Shown here: positions 40,501-55,500 of the stretch, in pieces
Layout: each line of letters begins with the position of its first letter
Position numbering within the stretch: the stretch's first letter is position 1
Source: Mytilus californianus
Taxonomy: Eukaryota
DNA length: 64,000 bases
Assembly: GCF_021869535.1 (NCBI RefSeq)
Contig: NW_026262723.1
Location: 92,814,001 to 92,878,000 of the forward strand
Reading direction: 5' to 3'
Notes under the pieces: generated by a model
Database searches by the model: none
Seen by the model: the letters and a program-made list of their open reading frames with translations, nothing else
Told to the model about the DNA's origin: nothing
Made by a program: the position numbers and the translations under genes

Positions 40501-43500
40501 ACTCCACATTTACGTTACAAGCCAACCCTGTTGGTGGAAGTGATATCACTTATGCATGGCAGGATTGTGGAACATGTCTTCAGAACTATCAGGCCTCAGA
40601 TGTATACATTACAGGCATTTACTATCAGTCTGGAACTTACATAGTATCAGTCAAGGCATTCAATCAAATAAACTTTGCTGTTCATTCAAAATTTATCACA
40701 GTGATAGATTATATAACTAATGTTACTGTGACTTCTGACTTGATTCAAGGTCAGTATGCTGCAAAAGGTCAGGCTTATACATTTGCTGCTGTAGCAAATA
40801 CTGATAACTCTCATATGTATTATACCTGGAAGGTCAAGACAGGGTCAACAACTATGTACACCTCAACTGTACACACATCCAAAAATTTAACCTACACATT
40901 CACTAATTCTCTACAGTATGAGGTTGAAATCAGAGTTTGGAATACTCTATTTAGTGAATACACTGCTACTGTTGATGTTATGGTAGAAGAAGAAATAACT
41001 GGTGCTTACATCACATTAGATAAGACATCACCCATAGCAACAGGGGAAGTTTTAACAGTCGCTGCTGTGACATCAACTGGAACAGAACTTTCATATAAAT
41101 GGATTCTACAGAATTCAACAGGACAGTATACACTGAATGAAACAGCGAAGTCTTTTACCTATACTTTCAGTGGTAAAGGAGACTATGTGCTTATCTTAGA
41201 AGTGAGTAATGATTTAGGCATGGAGACTGTAAATAAATCCATCAGTGTTATGGAAGCTGTTACCGGTGTAAACATCAGCTCAGTTGTCAATGAATCTTAT
41301 CCATATATTGCTGTAGGCTCATATATCACATTTTCAGCAGTTATTGGCACAGGAGAAAGTTACACAACAACATGGACATTGGCTGACGGTGTTTCTTCAG
41401 CACTAACATTCAGTGGAGTCAATTTTACACACAATTTTACCACATCTGGTACGTTTACAATTACAGTCACGGTACAGAATCTTGTTAGCACTGATACTTA
41501 TTCCTTCATAGTTTATGTTCAAGGTTCTATTGCATCCCTGACCTTGGTGACAAACACAAGTTTGGCTGAGACTGGACAGTCTGTACAATTTACTGCTAAT
41601 TACAACACAGGTGCAGACAATTTGGTGTTTGAATGGACAATAGAAGGAACATTGATTAATGGAACGTCTGATACCTTGTCACATATATTTAACACCGCTG
41701 GAACATTTACAGCTCATATAAAAGTATACAATCATATTAGCCAGATGACAGCTGTAGTTAATGTGGTTGTGGAAGTACGTATTTCTGGTTTCAGTATAAC
41801 AGGTTGCAATGCAGTTCAGGAAATCAACAATGCTGTATCAGCAAGTTTCAACGTATCTCAGGGAACAGATGTAACGTATAGTTACAGACTGGACACGGAA
41901 TCTTCATCCTCCATTACAGGCTCTGGATCTTCAATATCATACACATTTACAACGACAGGACTGTATAATTTGTATGTGAATGCTACCAATCAGGTCAGTC
42001 AGGAATCACTGCAGTGCTTGTTCACAATTATAGGACCTATATCAGGTCTGGCTGTCGATACTTCTAACTCCAATTTTTTTGTGAACTATACAGTACATTT
42101 GCAGGTCACAGGAAATAACCTTATTGGAGTAACTTATAATTGGAGGTTTTCACCAATAAATGAAAATATCACTACATCGGACAGCTTACTACAGAAGATT
42201 TTCACAACATCTGCAACATACCAGTATGAATTAGAAGTCTCAAATGGAATAAGTTCTGCTACAATAACAGGATCATTTTTCATAGTGCCTTTACATTGTG
42301 ATACAATGACTGTGGCAAAGGGAGGTCAGTCAGAAAAAATAAGAAAGAAATCATCAACATCTACTTTCGAAGTGACAGTTGACAAAAAGGGGTGTACATC
42401 TTACACTCTAAAGTATGATTGGAAGGTTTACAATTCTTCGACAGGTTGTGCTGGAACACTCAATAATCAAGTCACTTTAAACTCGGCCACAGTTACAAAT
42501 ACTCCCAAACTAATGCTAGACAGCAGCCATGATATAGGTTCATACTGTGTACAGCTGACCACTTGGTACGATGACACGCCACTAATTCAAACAATTGGAT
42601 ACAACTTGACTGTCATGGATTCTGACCTTATAGCCATTATTGCTGGTGGTAGTAAACTGAAGTATCCACAGTCTGATCCCATTACGGTTGATGGAAGTGG
42701 ATCATTTGATCCTGACAGTAGTTCCACAGTCCTACAGTACAGCTGGGCATGTTCAGTCACTTATCCACTGGTGAGTTAATATACTTTTTTTTTCTATTTA
42801 AATCTTTCAATTATTGACTTTTTCTTCTTCTTGCATTTATTTTAATCTAACCTTTCTCTGAAACTAATTTTTTGTTATAAATCTGAATTTTACATTATTC
42901 TCACCTGCATATATCATTTTAACTTTTATAGTTTTGTAAAGTTTTCACAAATTTCTTACTTGCTTATGAAATGCTAATGCATAACTTGTGTAGAATCAGT
43001 CTAAACAATGAAAACTTGATTATTATTTCCATTACTTCAGTAGTAAGATAAAGAAAACTCAGTAATTGAAAACTCAGTAATTGTTAGATGACATTTGAAA
43101 GAAAAGCAATTTATACCAAAGTTAGAAATAAAAATTGTGTTAATTTTTATCTTAAGCTTCTAATGTAAAGAACATATGCATTTATTGTTTCCTTAATATT
43201 GCTTTAATTATTAAAACTTAACCCTTTCTTGTTTTCTTCATAACCATATGTCTTTGTAGATTCTGTAGTACTGTATTTAAATTAGATTTTGTTCTTAGCT
43301 TTTTATGACAAAACAATATGATTCTTCAAATATGTTTAAAGGTTCATCCCTCCTAAGGCCTCCTTTTTGATTTAATAGATGTTAAGAGCTGCAGATTATA
43401 TGATAGCAAATGCATGTTTTCATTTGCAAATATTTCATTACAGTTTTAGATATTGAAATCAAAATAAGCCAGTATGACTTTATTTGATTTTAACATGTAA

Positions 43501-46500
43501 CAGTTGTTTTAAATGGTCTTACAACAATCTAGAAATTATTGACGATTTGTGAGAAAATTGGCGAACAAATGAATGGTTTTTGCTATAATGTTCAAATTAA
43601 TCTTAAAAACAAATCAAAAATAGGATCTGGTTTATTTTATTGGAAAAAAACAAATTTTCAGAAATCGACCAGACCTTCATTGTTTACTGCTATGTGGATT
43701 AATCCTGGTTTTCATCATCTTTTCCACAGTAATTATTAAATCATGGAAAAATAATGTTGTATTTCATTTTTGTGTGTGCAAATTTTTTTTTCTTTAAAAA
43801 AGAAGCTTAAAAAGTTAAAATATGATAGGTTTTAACTTATATAATACCATTATGAAGTTTTGATCAGGCAGAAATTCTTGAAAAATGTATTATACAAACT
43901 AAACATCAATAGAGTGATTACTTTAAACATAATACTGTGGATTCATTTATTTTCATGGATTCCAATTTTCGTGGATTGAAGAAAAATTGTTGTTTCGTGG
44001 ATTAAAATTGATTTCATGGATTTACCAAAGTCTACATACATGCCTATATAAAATTGATATTTCATTGAACATTTGAATAATGGTTTACCTATACTAAAAA
44101 AATCAACAAAAATTGGTATCACACAAAAAAATTCTGAATCCACAGTACAAGTGAATCATGGTTGTTTGTCATTACTTTTAATGTTGTATAATATTTCTCT
44201 GCTGTTTACCAGGATGCAGGACTTTTTACAGTAAGATAGTTATTAACCATGTAGCTAGCTTCAAGTTTTATGGTTTACACATATAGCTTTTCAGCAAAGC
44301 ATATTGGGATGTGGAAGCATTCAAAGATAATATGGCAAAGATATGTTTTGGGGGGAAACATAATGATAATTTATGTTTTGATTGTATTCTTTTAGATACA
44401 TAAGTGAAAAAATAAAAGGCATATTATCTTTGAATATAATATAATGCAATTGAAAGATTGATAGATTTTTAGTGAACACATTTCAGTAGCATCATGGTGA
44501 CAGTGTAAAGCATGGTATTGAGAATGCTTTTGGGATTTAAAAAGGTTGCACATTTAAAGCATGTTCACATTAAATCGACAGTAAGAAGGCATGATATAGG
44601 GATTTTAAAAGTAGAGCATGCAAGGTTAAAATAGATATTGCTATTATTCAAATAAAGTATGGAGTGTTTTAGTAACTACATTGTGTAATGGAATGCTATA
44701 TATATAAAGAAGTTTATGATGCTGCATATTAAACTCTTTTAACAACAACACTATAGGAATTGCTGCAGTAATTTAATGAGATTGACATACTTTGCATCCT
44801 AGGGCACCGTTATGTGTATAAGCTGTATAATGATTATTTTGTAAGAAATTAAATGATAAAGAAAATGTCTGTTGAAGAAAATTGATTTAACTATGATAAT
44901 CAACCACGAAAGATTTTTTAGTCTTAGTCTTGATCCTAAAAATCTCGTCTAATTTCACATCAAATAACCTATACATAGCAATGTTTTAAATGGATCATTA
45001 AGTCCCAGTTCCATTAAACATTAAATTACATTGTTCTATGAATAAAAGCAGAGATTACTCAATGTATATATAACTGAATAAAGCAAAAATATTTTTTTTT
45101 AAAAGCAACATCTTTCATTACTAAATTTGCTGGGTTTTTTTTACAGACATTACCAACAGGTTACACTGATGCTTGTGCTACCGTAGGGACAAGTTCAAGT
45201 AGTACTGTTACCATGACAACTGCTAACCTACTCTCAGGAGAGACGTACACAATAACATTGACTGTGTCTGCCAGTGGAAGAACTTCAGGAAACTTTACAC
45301 AAGAGGTAAATTTATACTTGAAATTATAATTGATATAAAAACAATATTTTTATAAAAATGTTTCTGGTTCTGTTTTTATAATTTCAATATTGGTATACGA
45401 TGAGAACAAAACATTTAAATATCATATATCGATACCACAAATGAAAGAAACGTGCACTAGAAAAATTAACATACACATATATACTGTAAGGATAACACCT
45501 TAAACACCACTGAAGTACAAAAATCAGTCAGATATGGAAAGAAAAGTTTTCTTTAGGAAGGTATTTTTACGCAGCAAAATTTTTCAAGTGACAAACTCCA
45601 CCACCAAAATATAACCTATAGTTATGCATACACTTTAACAGAGTGATAGATAGTTTTTATCAGCAATTTGCTCTTTCATGATAAATGTTAATGCTTTGAA
45701 AGTTAAATAAAAAAATCAAATTTTCTGCACCACTGATATTTGATTTCAGATTGAGATATCCTCTAGTGATGTACCTGTACCAATCCTTAACTGTATTACA
45801 TGTCAGTCCACCAGTAGTTACCTTGTTAATGAAGGGGAACACTTGGCTTTCACTGGAACCTGTCTAAACTGTGATTCAACTGATACAAAATACTATGAAT
45901 GGTCTGTTTATACCCTCGATTCAAGTTCAAATAGAGTTCAGCTGTCACTGACTTCAGCCATGTCAACAACTGGTATAAATAGTGAAAATTTTGTCATAAC
46001 TGCCGGAAATCTACCAGCCACTAATTCCTACTACATTTTCAAGCTTGAAATCAGTAAAACTAATACAGTGGTGACCTTGCAAGGTGAAACTGAACTAATA
46101 CTGAAAGCTAACAGCAAAGCAACAGGGGGCACTTGTTCTCTTCTGACCAGCACAGCTATTGATCCATTAATTGATCAAGTTGAAATCTCGTGCACAGGGT
46201 ACAGTGATCCAGATAATGCTAATGGGGAACTCAATTACAAGGTTGTATCTCACAGTAAAGATTCTGCATCTGCTGATGAATCTGTTGTTATATACTACGG
46301 AACACTGACTTCACCAGCATTTTACTTGGCACCATGGCCAGGAACAACACGTTCAGCTGTCAACATCAAAGTATATGTAGTTGATGAAGATGGAACAGAC
46401 ACTCTATCTCTGGACACGTAAGTATTGAAACATTTAATGTACCTGGTATCGAAAATAACAACTTTACGATTCTTTTTCTTTTTAATGTAATTTGTTCATA

Positions 46501-49500
46501 TGTTTCCTTATAAACTTTAGTTTGAGGAGACAGTTATTTATCTCTCACAAACTCATTAAGCTGAAAATATCTGAAATGAAGGTTGGAGGTTCTCATTGTT
46601 TACTCTGGCTTCCTCCACCAATAAAAACTGGCCGCCATGATATAGCAAAGGTTGCTGAAAGTGGTGCTACACTCCAACAAACAAACAAACAAACAATGAA
46701 ATGTCTAAACTGATTAATGTATAAAAAAATTGATTGTTTAAAATATGCTTACAAGAACCATTTAAGGAATGACTGTAATATTTGTTCTCTATGAAGAAAT
46801 AACATAAAAAATGTGGTGCACACTGAATAACCCGCATAGTGAGTTATTTTAAAGTTTGCCCCACATTTTTGAGGTTATTTCGAATAGATCGAAAAAATAT
46901 TACAGTCATTCCTTATGATTTAATTCTAAATTCCATTTTTAAGGAGTAAATCATGAAAAAACGTTGATGATGGTAGTCTCATGACAAAATTATGTCTATG
47001 AGCTGAAAGACAAAAAACTTTCAGCCAATCAGAAGACTTGTAACATCCAAAATGGAATTATTTTTGTATAATCAATTTTATTTATTTACACATTTTTTCA
47101 AAGCAAGAATTTAAAGGGGATGGAAATTTAATAATAATCATCATTAAGTTTTCAAAATTTTGCAGAGATGTATCAGTGAGTAGTACTGTAACCCATGGTA
47201 ACCAGCTATCATTTGTACAGATCCACACAACTACGACCTTAATTAACCTTGTCAATGACAACAATCCAACTGCACTGCTTCAGTATGGTATAGCACTTAT
47301 CCACGAAATGAATGAAATCTCACGACAAGAATATGCCTCTCCCTCCTATAGCCATGTAGATGATAGGAACACAGTAAGGAATAGGATAACACTATCAATC
47401 CTCGGTCTGCCATTAGAAACTATCTACCAACAGCAGCAAATGGCATTCATACTCAATCACCTAACTGTAAGTTGTATTATCATACAAATCATTTACACTT
47501 TAACAGGAATCATTTATATATAAATGTTCTGATACACATATTAAATATAAAAATAAGATGATGTGGTATGATTGCCATTGAGTCAACTCTTAAGTATTAG
47601 TATGTTCTAATCAATTAAACTTTATTTTACTTGTAATGTTAGTATTTCAGTTCTTAGTAAATATGAATAGTCAATAGTTACATTCCAAACAAAATTGTGC
47701 TACTTTTATATCAAGAAAAATTGAGTATTGATACACAGTATGGTGAAATGCAATTTATCCTTGTGATTGCATTGCCTCTTATCAACAGCATATTAAGTTA
47801 CTTCATATCAGAATATATGGTCATTTATGGAAATGAGTTTAGTCTTAGCTTGGTATGTCATTGTAAACATTAACCAATGAGAAGATTGAGTTTCCTAGTT
47901 GCAGTTGTTGAAATCTTGTTTAGTAAGAGAACCAATCAAAACAGGGTGCTCTTTTCAAAAATGTCCAATCAGATAGTTTCAAGACAAGGTTCACTAATGT
48001 AGTCCTCAGAAGTTTGCTTCTGTGGAAATTAAATCCTTACTGAACTCTTAACAAGAAATTTTATAAAAATTTCTGGGAGATAAAATTAAAATTAAAGAAT
48101 TATATTAGCTATATTTTTTATAATTTCAGAAATATCCTAGAGAATTTCAAACTAGTATATGTCAAACATTGGTTTTGAATGAAGTTGATATCTTAAAGAA
48201 CGATATGGAATCCCAAGCTGTCCAGGGTGCAGACAAGAGTGAGTTCACCTCAGGTCTTCTTCTAGAGGCTGTATCTAACAACATGGATGCCGTCAATGCA
48301 GCAGTATACAGCTCGGTCAATATATCTAACGTCACTTCTCTAGAGAGTAATGCAGTGTCAGATTACAAGCCTGTTATTAGTTCATTGGATTTAACAACAA
48401 CAACAGCATCTACTGAGGATCACAAACAGAGTATCATTACAAGGGCATTTACATTTGGTGACGATATTGTCATATTGAATTTGAAAACACAACTACCTGC
48501 TGAAGACCCTATAGTTATAACATTAGATAGTATAAAAGTATTTGGAAAAAGAACTTGGTCAGATGACATAGAACAAATGTATACATCAGAAGGTTGTGTT
48601 GCAGTCCTGAACTCAGAAATGTTAGGTTCTTTATACCCTACAAAAAGTGAAGTCTTCCAAATCATGATGGTTGTACCCCAGAATCCATTTACATGGGGAA
48701 GTAGTGGGGATGTGGAACTTAATACTAAAGTGATAGCTGCAGGATTTACAGACACTTCTGGCAATGAAATATCTGTCTCAAATATTCCAACAGGGAAAAA
48801 GCCAAAATTTATTATCTTAAAAAATCAGGCAACAGTCTACAACATGACTAATAGTCTAATTAATAGTACAGACTACGCCCCACAAGAAGGTTTAACATTT
48901 GCATCAGTAGTTGTGGAGAAAGGATCTGCAAAGAAGGTTGTTATAGATACATCTGACGGGTACGGAGGTTCTGCTCTACATTTACAGATACGATTTGTTG
49001 TGGTTGCTAATCCTAGTGCCACAACCAATGCCACAGGAGTTATTAAGACATTTTTAGGAAAAAACTATGAAGCTACAAGGTCCAGCTATGAGACCACGAA
49101 AGAGATCAAAGTAGAACATATGGCCACTCAAGCAGATCATAGACTGTATACACTGTTTGTAGATCATAGGTATGTATACACCTATAGGTATTTTCTGAGA
49201 TTTTGTCTTACCGTTCCTACTCGCTTATTAGTCGGAAAATTGGGAGTAAAATTCATAATCCAGAGAGGGGGACCGACTAATAGACGAGATCTAGCGACCA
49301 GAGGAAAAATCCAAGCTTGAGAAAAGTGGTCAGGAGTGAATTTCCTGGTAAAAACTACGTTTTTGATTGCCAAACCTACATAAATCAATAAATAAAAAGT
49401 TTTTGTTGAAAATAAATGACTACAATACTGTCTTTGTGTTTTATTTGTTCTTTGGTAAACATTTTCTGCAAATTCGTGTTGAAATTCTACTGTTTCCGGT

Positions 49501-52500
49501 TTGTGTATTGATTTTCATGGTCACATGGTTTTCCTATAAACCCAAAAGAAGAGCCAAGAACCAAAAATGAAAAGGAGATAACAATGTACCAAATATGTGA
49601 AAGGATGTTTTCAGCGGAGTTATTGTGTCATTATTGTGATATCATGATATCAATTCAATGCTTATAAATCATATAATAATCAAAAAATAATTTTAAGATT
49701 CATTCCCAAAATCAAAATATTATTCATTAAAGTGTCTCAGGTAAACAAAAATTACAAAATTGATTGACAAGCCAATATAATCCATTGATAACCCCAATTA
49801 AGAGACAAAGAGTTGTATTTACTAAAGGTGTGAAAACTATCAGTGATAGGTAAACAGATGACACTAATGAGTTGGAGTTAGTTATTTTAATATAGTGATT
49901 AGCTTCACTTAATTTTTTTAATCCTTTAATCATCACAATATAATAAGAATTATGAAGTGTACATGCTCATTTAACACCAAGTTATGTATGCTGTGAAAAA
50001 TATTTTCATCAAGTGTTGATTGACTTTAAATTTTTCAGGTTCATATTGGTTTATATTCGCTTTTCTCAAACAATAGGTTATTAGTCATACCCTACAAAAT
50101 CATTGATGCATTATGTAAACAACACATGGCTAATCTAACATTTGAACAGTGAACACCAAGAGAAATGAATACATCTTTATTATTAACAGCAATATAAATT
50201 ATCATGATGAGCATCAACTAAATTCAAACCAAACAAACATTAATGCAGAAATGAATATTATTCCTGGATTTGCATTGGTTTTACCGGCGTTCAGTTACTG
50301 TCAGCTGAAAAAAAAATGCCCAAATTTTGTCCGACTTATACGAGGGTCAAGACTAAATCCTTAGAATTTGGAGCTGAAAAGGGCCCCCGACTTATAGTAG
50401 GATCGACTATTAGGCGAGTATCTACGGTATATATATCTGCCACCTACTCATATTTAATTTGCATCTGCCAAGTTATAACTTCTACCAAGTTTTTGGTACC
50501 GTAGTAAAACGGGAAGTCAGATAAAATCACTTATGACCTTTGCATAGTTTTATAACTAATGAAGAATTGATAATAGAATAAGTAGTTCTTTTTTTTCATG
50601 TTTTCATTTTGAGTTTTGATTTGGAAGTAGTTTGATTCATTATCTCATTATGCCTAGATACTATGATTATTTGAGGTTATACATGTATGAAACTTATAAA
50701 ATGTTCATGACAAAAAAAAACAAGGGACTAAATTTAATTTATGCATCTTGTACTCATTTTAAAAAATTTATATCTTGTCAGTTATGCTCTAAACCGAATA
50801 TTTGATAAGCAATTAAAATCGAATGAACAAAAATTTAGTCACTGAAAACAAGGTTTTGACTCCCAGAGAGATTGTCTCTAAATTTAATATCAATTTTTCC
50901 AATTTTCTTTTATAGTGAATTTGACACTGATGCATCCTATGCTGTGACTGTGTACAATGACGATCCTAATTATGATGTCAACATCAGTGCTGCCATCTAC
51001 TACTCCACATGTCAATTCTTTGATACATCAGCTAACTCGTGGGATACAAATGGATGCTCACCTACTGATGAGTCAATCGAAAAGTATGCTGTGTGTGAAT
51101 GCGAGCACTTAACACCATTTGGAGGAGGAATGTTGGCTCCACCAAACACTCTGAGCTTTGCTGACTTAGTGGTAGGTTTCTGAACATATAATGAATTATG
51201 TAATTTGATAGTAGTCATTTAAACGATAAAGGTTTCAACTGGTTTGTAGACTTTTTTCAAATTTAAGAGCATTTTTCTCTCCTATGGTTCAAACATTTGA
51301 TGTTTTTGTTTCTGGCTTAAAACTATCAAACTATAGTAATGCCAAAATAAAGACCAGTATAAAATTGAGTACAGTGTGTCTTATTTACTAGCCTTTTCAA
51401 ACATAAATAACTCAAACTTTTATTATACGACTGCAAAAAAATTTTTGTGGTCGTATATTGGTATGACGTTGGCGTCGTCGTCGTCCGGCGTCGTCGTCGT
51501 CGTCGTAGTCGTCGTCGTAGTCGTCGTCGTCTGGCGTCGTCCGGCGTCGTCCGAAGACACATTGGTTTTCGCACTCTAACTTTAGTTTAAGTTAATGGAT
51601 CTCTATGAAATTTTACCACAAGGTTCAATACCACAAAAGGAAGGTTGGGATTGTTTTTGGGGGTTATGGTACCAACAGTAAAGGAATTAGGGGCCAAAAA
51701 GGGGCCAAAAATAAGCATTTTTGTAACTTCCAGACATAACTTGTGTGTTAGTGTATGGATCTCTCTGACATTGTACCACAAGGTTCCATATCACAAAAGG
51801 AATGCTGGGATTGATTTTGGGGGTAATTGCCTCAAAATTTTAGGAATTAGGGGCCAAAAAAGGGGCAAAAAACAAGCATTTTTCTAGTTTCATAACAATA
51901 ACTTGTGTGTAAGTGTATGGATCTTTCTGAAATTGTACTACAAGGTTCCATATCACAAAGGGAAAGCTGGAATTGAGTTTGGGGGTAATTGCCGAAACAT
52001 TTAGGAATTGGGGGCCAAAAAGGGGCCAAAAATAAGCATTTTTCTAGTTTCCAGACAATAACTTGTGTTCAAGTGTATGGATCTCTCTGAAATTGTACTG
52101 CGAGGTACCATACCACAAAGGGAAGGCTGGGATTGATGATGGGGGTAATTGCCTCAATATTTTAGGAATCAGGGGCCAAAAAGGGGCAAAAAACAAGCAT
52201 TTTTCTAGTTTCAGGACAATAACTTGTGTGTAAGTGTATGGATCTTTCTGAAATTGTACTACAAGGTTCCATATCACAAAGGGAAAGCTGGGTTTGAGTT
52301 TGGGGGTAATTGCCCTAAACGTTTAGGAATTTGGGGCCAAAAAGGGGCCAAAAAACACATTTTTCTAGTTTCCAGACAATAACTTGTGTTCAAGTGTATG
52401 GATCTCTCTGAAATTGTACTGCAAGGTACCATTCCACAAAGGGAAGACTGGGATTGAGTTTTGGGGTGATGAATCATAAGGGGGTTCAAAATATTTGTGG

Positions 52501-55500
52501 GGGGGGGGATTTTTTTTTTTTTCATTTTTTTTTTCTTTTAAAATTTTCCATTTTAAGTTGGTTATTTCTGATTTATATTTAAAAGCAAATAATAATGATA
52601 TGGTAGGAGATACACACCAAACAGGATGTGTAAATTATTATATAATAAGTATTGTGCAATAGCAAGAAATTTTCAATTGCGCAGTATTGCACAATAGCAA
52701 GAAATCTTCAATTGCACAGTATTGCGCAATAGCAAGAAATCTTCAATTGCACAGTATTGCTCAATAGCAAGAAATATCCAATAGCACAATATTGCGCAAT
52801 AGCAAGAAATTGTCAATTGTACAGTATTGCGCAATAGCAAGAAATATTTAATTGCACAGTATTGTGCAAAAGAAGATACTTCGTATAAATTGCTTATTTC
52901 TTGACCAATTTCAATGGGGTTTTATTCTTGAATTCTTGGGTTTCTTTAATATGCTGAATCTAACCGTGTATTTAGTTTTTGGATTTTGGGCCCCGTTTTT
53001 TTAATTGGTCCAAATTGAGGTCCAAAGGGTCCAAAATTAAACTTTGTTTGATTTCATCAAAAATTGAATTATTGGGGTTCTTTGATATGCCGAATCTAAC
53101 CATGTATTTAGATTCTTAATTTTTGGTTCCGTTTTCAAATTGGTCTACATTAAGGTCCAAAGGGTCCAAAATTAAACTTAGTTTGATTTTAACAAAATTT
53201 GAATTCTTAGGGTTCTTTGATATGCTGAATCTAAACATGTATTTAGATTTTTGATTATGGGCCCAGTTTTCAAGTTGGTCCAAATCGGGGTCCAAAATTA
53301 AACTTTGTTTGATTTCAACAAAAATTGAATATATGGGGTTCTTTGATATGCTGAATCTAACCATGTATTTAGATTTTTTATTTTTGGGCCGCGTTTTCAA
53401 CTTTGTCCACATTGAGGTCAAAAGGGTCCAAAATTAAACTTTGTTTGATTTCATCAAAAATTGAATTCTTGGGGTTCTTTGATATGCTGAATCTAATCAT
53501 GTATTTAGATTTTGGATATTGGACCATAATAGGTGAATGTCCAATTTAAAATTTTTAAGTTCTTAGACCACATTCATTCTGTGTCAGAAACCTATGCTGT
53601 GTCAAATATTTAATCACAATCCAAATGCAAAGCTGTATCAAGCTTGAATGTTGTGTCCATACTTGCCCCAACTGTTCAGGGTTCGACCTCTGCGGTCGTA
53701 TCAAGCTGCGCCCTGCGGAGCATTTTATAGAAAATTGGTAAAAGTAAGGCATTTTTCTAATAGCTCATATTTGTAATCAATTTTACCAGATTATTTTCAG
53801 TAAAGTGGAATACAAAAACATGTTACCATTTATTTCTTATCATGATTATGTTTTGAAGTTTTACATAATTTGAAATGCCAAAACCTATTGCTATATGAAG
53901 GTATCTGTCTTTCTATAATATGCAAGTCATTAGAAATCAGATTTCCTATGATTTAAAATATATATAATTACTGAAACTTTTATACCTTTATTGCAGAATC
54001 TTGATTTGGTGAACAATCCGGTCGTGTTTGTGACATGTTCTTTGATATTTGTGGTGTATGTGATAGCAGTAATTATCTGTCGTCGACTAGATCGCAGTAA
54101 CCTTGAAAGAATATCTTCTATACCCTTATGTGGTAAAGATGGATCCTTTAAATATGAAGTGACTGTAGTCACGGGTAGACAACCTGGTGCAGGTATGTAA
54201 ACATATAAAAATGTGGAGAAGTAGTATGATTGTCAATGAAACATCTATCCACCAGAATTTAAATGACGAAGATATAAGCAATTATAGGTCACAGTACAGG
54301 CTTTAAAAATGAAAAAAAAACCTATACTATATAGTCAGCTATTAAAGGCCCAGAAAAAAGTGAAACCGTTCTAAGAAGAAAACTAATGGCCTTTTATAAC
54401 AATAAGATTTACGAAAAACTATCTATATTTAATAAATAAACAGACTTTTGAAATGGTATAAAAGAAAGGTTCAAGATAAAGTAATGAAATTGTTTAAATA
54501 TTTTTCAATACAATGAATATTATAATTGAAAATAAACATCTATAACATAAGCAGTGAATGAATGCTGTGTTTGAAAACGTTAAAAATATTTTCATTTGTT
54601 TCTAAATTTACAGTAATAACTCAAAATTCAAATTGAACTATTTTTCGAGTTCAATTATCATAGTAGGATTGTAATCAAACACAACAAAAAAGCAAATATG
54701 AAATAGAAGTATGAGATTTGTAACAGGTTTCTTTTTCTTTTTTTGGAAACATTTTAGAACCAAAAGTAAAGTCATTGGTGCAAAATATTTGTGGTTATAT
54801 TTCCTTATCTTTTTATAAACAGGAACTACTGCAAATGTTGGTCTCAGATTGTACGGAGAATATGGGAGAACAAATTCTAAACAACTTGATAAAAAGTGGG
54901 CATTTCAAAGAAACTGTCAGGACACATTTATCATGGCACATGACACAAACCTTGGAAATATTGAAAAGTTGATGATTTGGCATGACAACTCTGGACTGGA
55001 TCCTAGCTGGTACCTCATTCAAGTTATAGTCAAAGATTTGCAGACGGACCATAAATATTACTTCTTTGCTAATTTCTGGATGTCACTAGAAATAGAAAAA
55101 GGTTTTATCCAGAAAGAATTATTAGCTGCAGGTAAGTCATACCATTAGTTAGTTTTTTTTAAACCTTTTCAAAGATATGCAAAATTTAGTCAGGAAATTG
55201 AAAAAAACTTTGTTGAATGAGTTGCACTGAGCATATTTGTTTTTTTTCTTTTAGCTAATTTTCATTTGTAAAAGCAGAATTTGATTTGCAAGTGTTTAAC
55301 AAAATACAAAATCATATAGGCTTTCATGCAATGTTTGTTAAAACAGAAAATCAAGTAATGACAAAAATACAATTTTCCCTCAATCCACAAAATTTATACC
55401 CTTGAAAAAAATGAATGCACAGAACATGTTGTAAACTGTAAGAAGTTATGAAATAGAGAACATAGGTTAATTAAAAGTAGATTGATATAAAAAAAAAAAA

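Noticed and set aside
23113-48764. Antisense and alternate-frame ORFs overlapping PKD1 exons (e.g. 23432-23746, 39356-39550, 48420-48764)
   Set aside because: Shadow ORFs of the real coding frame with no motifs of their own.
51064-51085. ctgatgagtcaatcgaaa, hammerhead-like core inside exon 23
   Set aside because: No stem II or III and no cleavage triplet; explained by the codons TDESIEK.
51326-52525. Poly-Arg/poly-Val ORFs and repeated minus-strand ORFs
   Set aside because: Derived from the (GTC)n microsatellite and the 160-bp array of the Helentron-type element.
55385-55425. Partial match to the TACTGTGGATTCA MITE right end
   Set aside because: Too short and degenerate, with no partner terminus.
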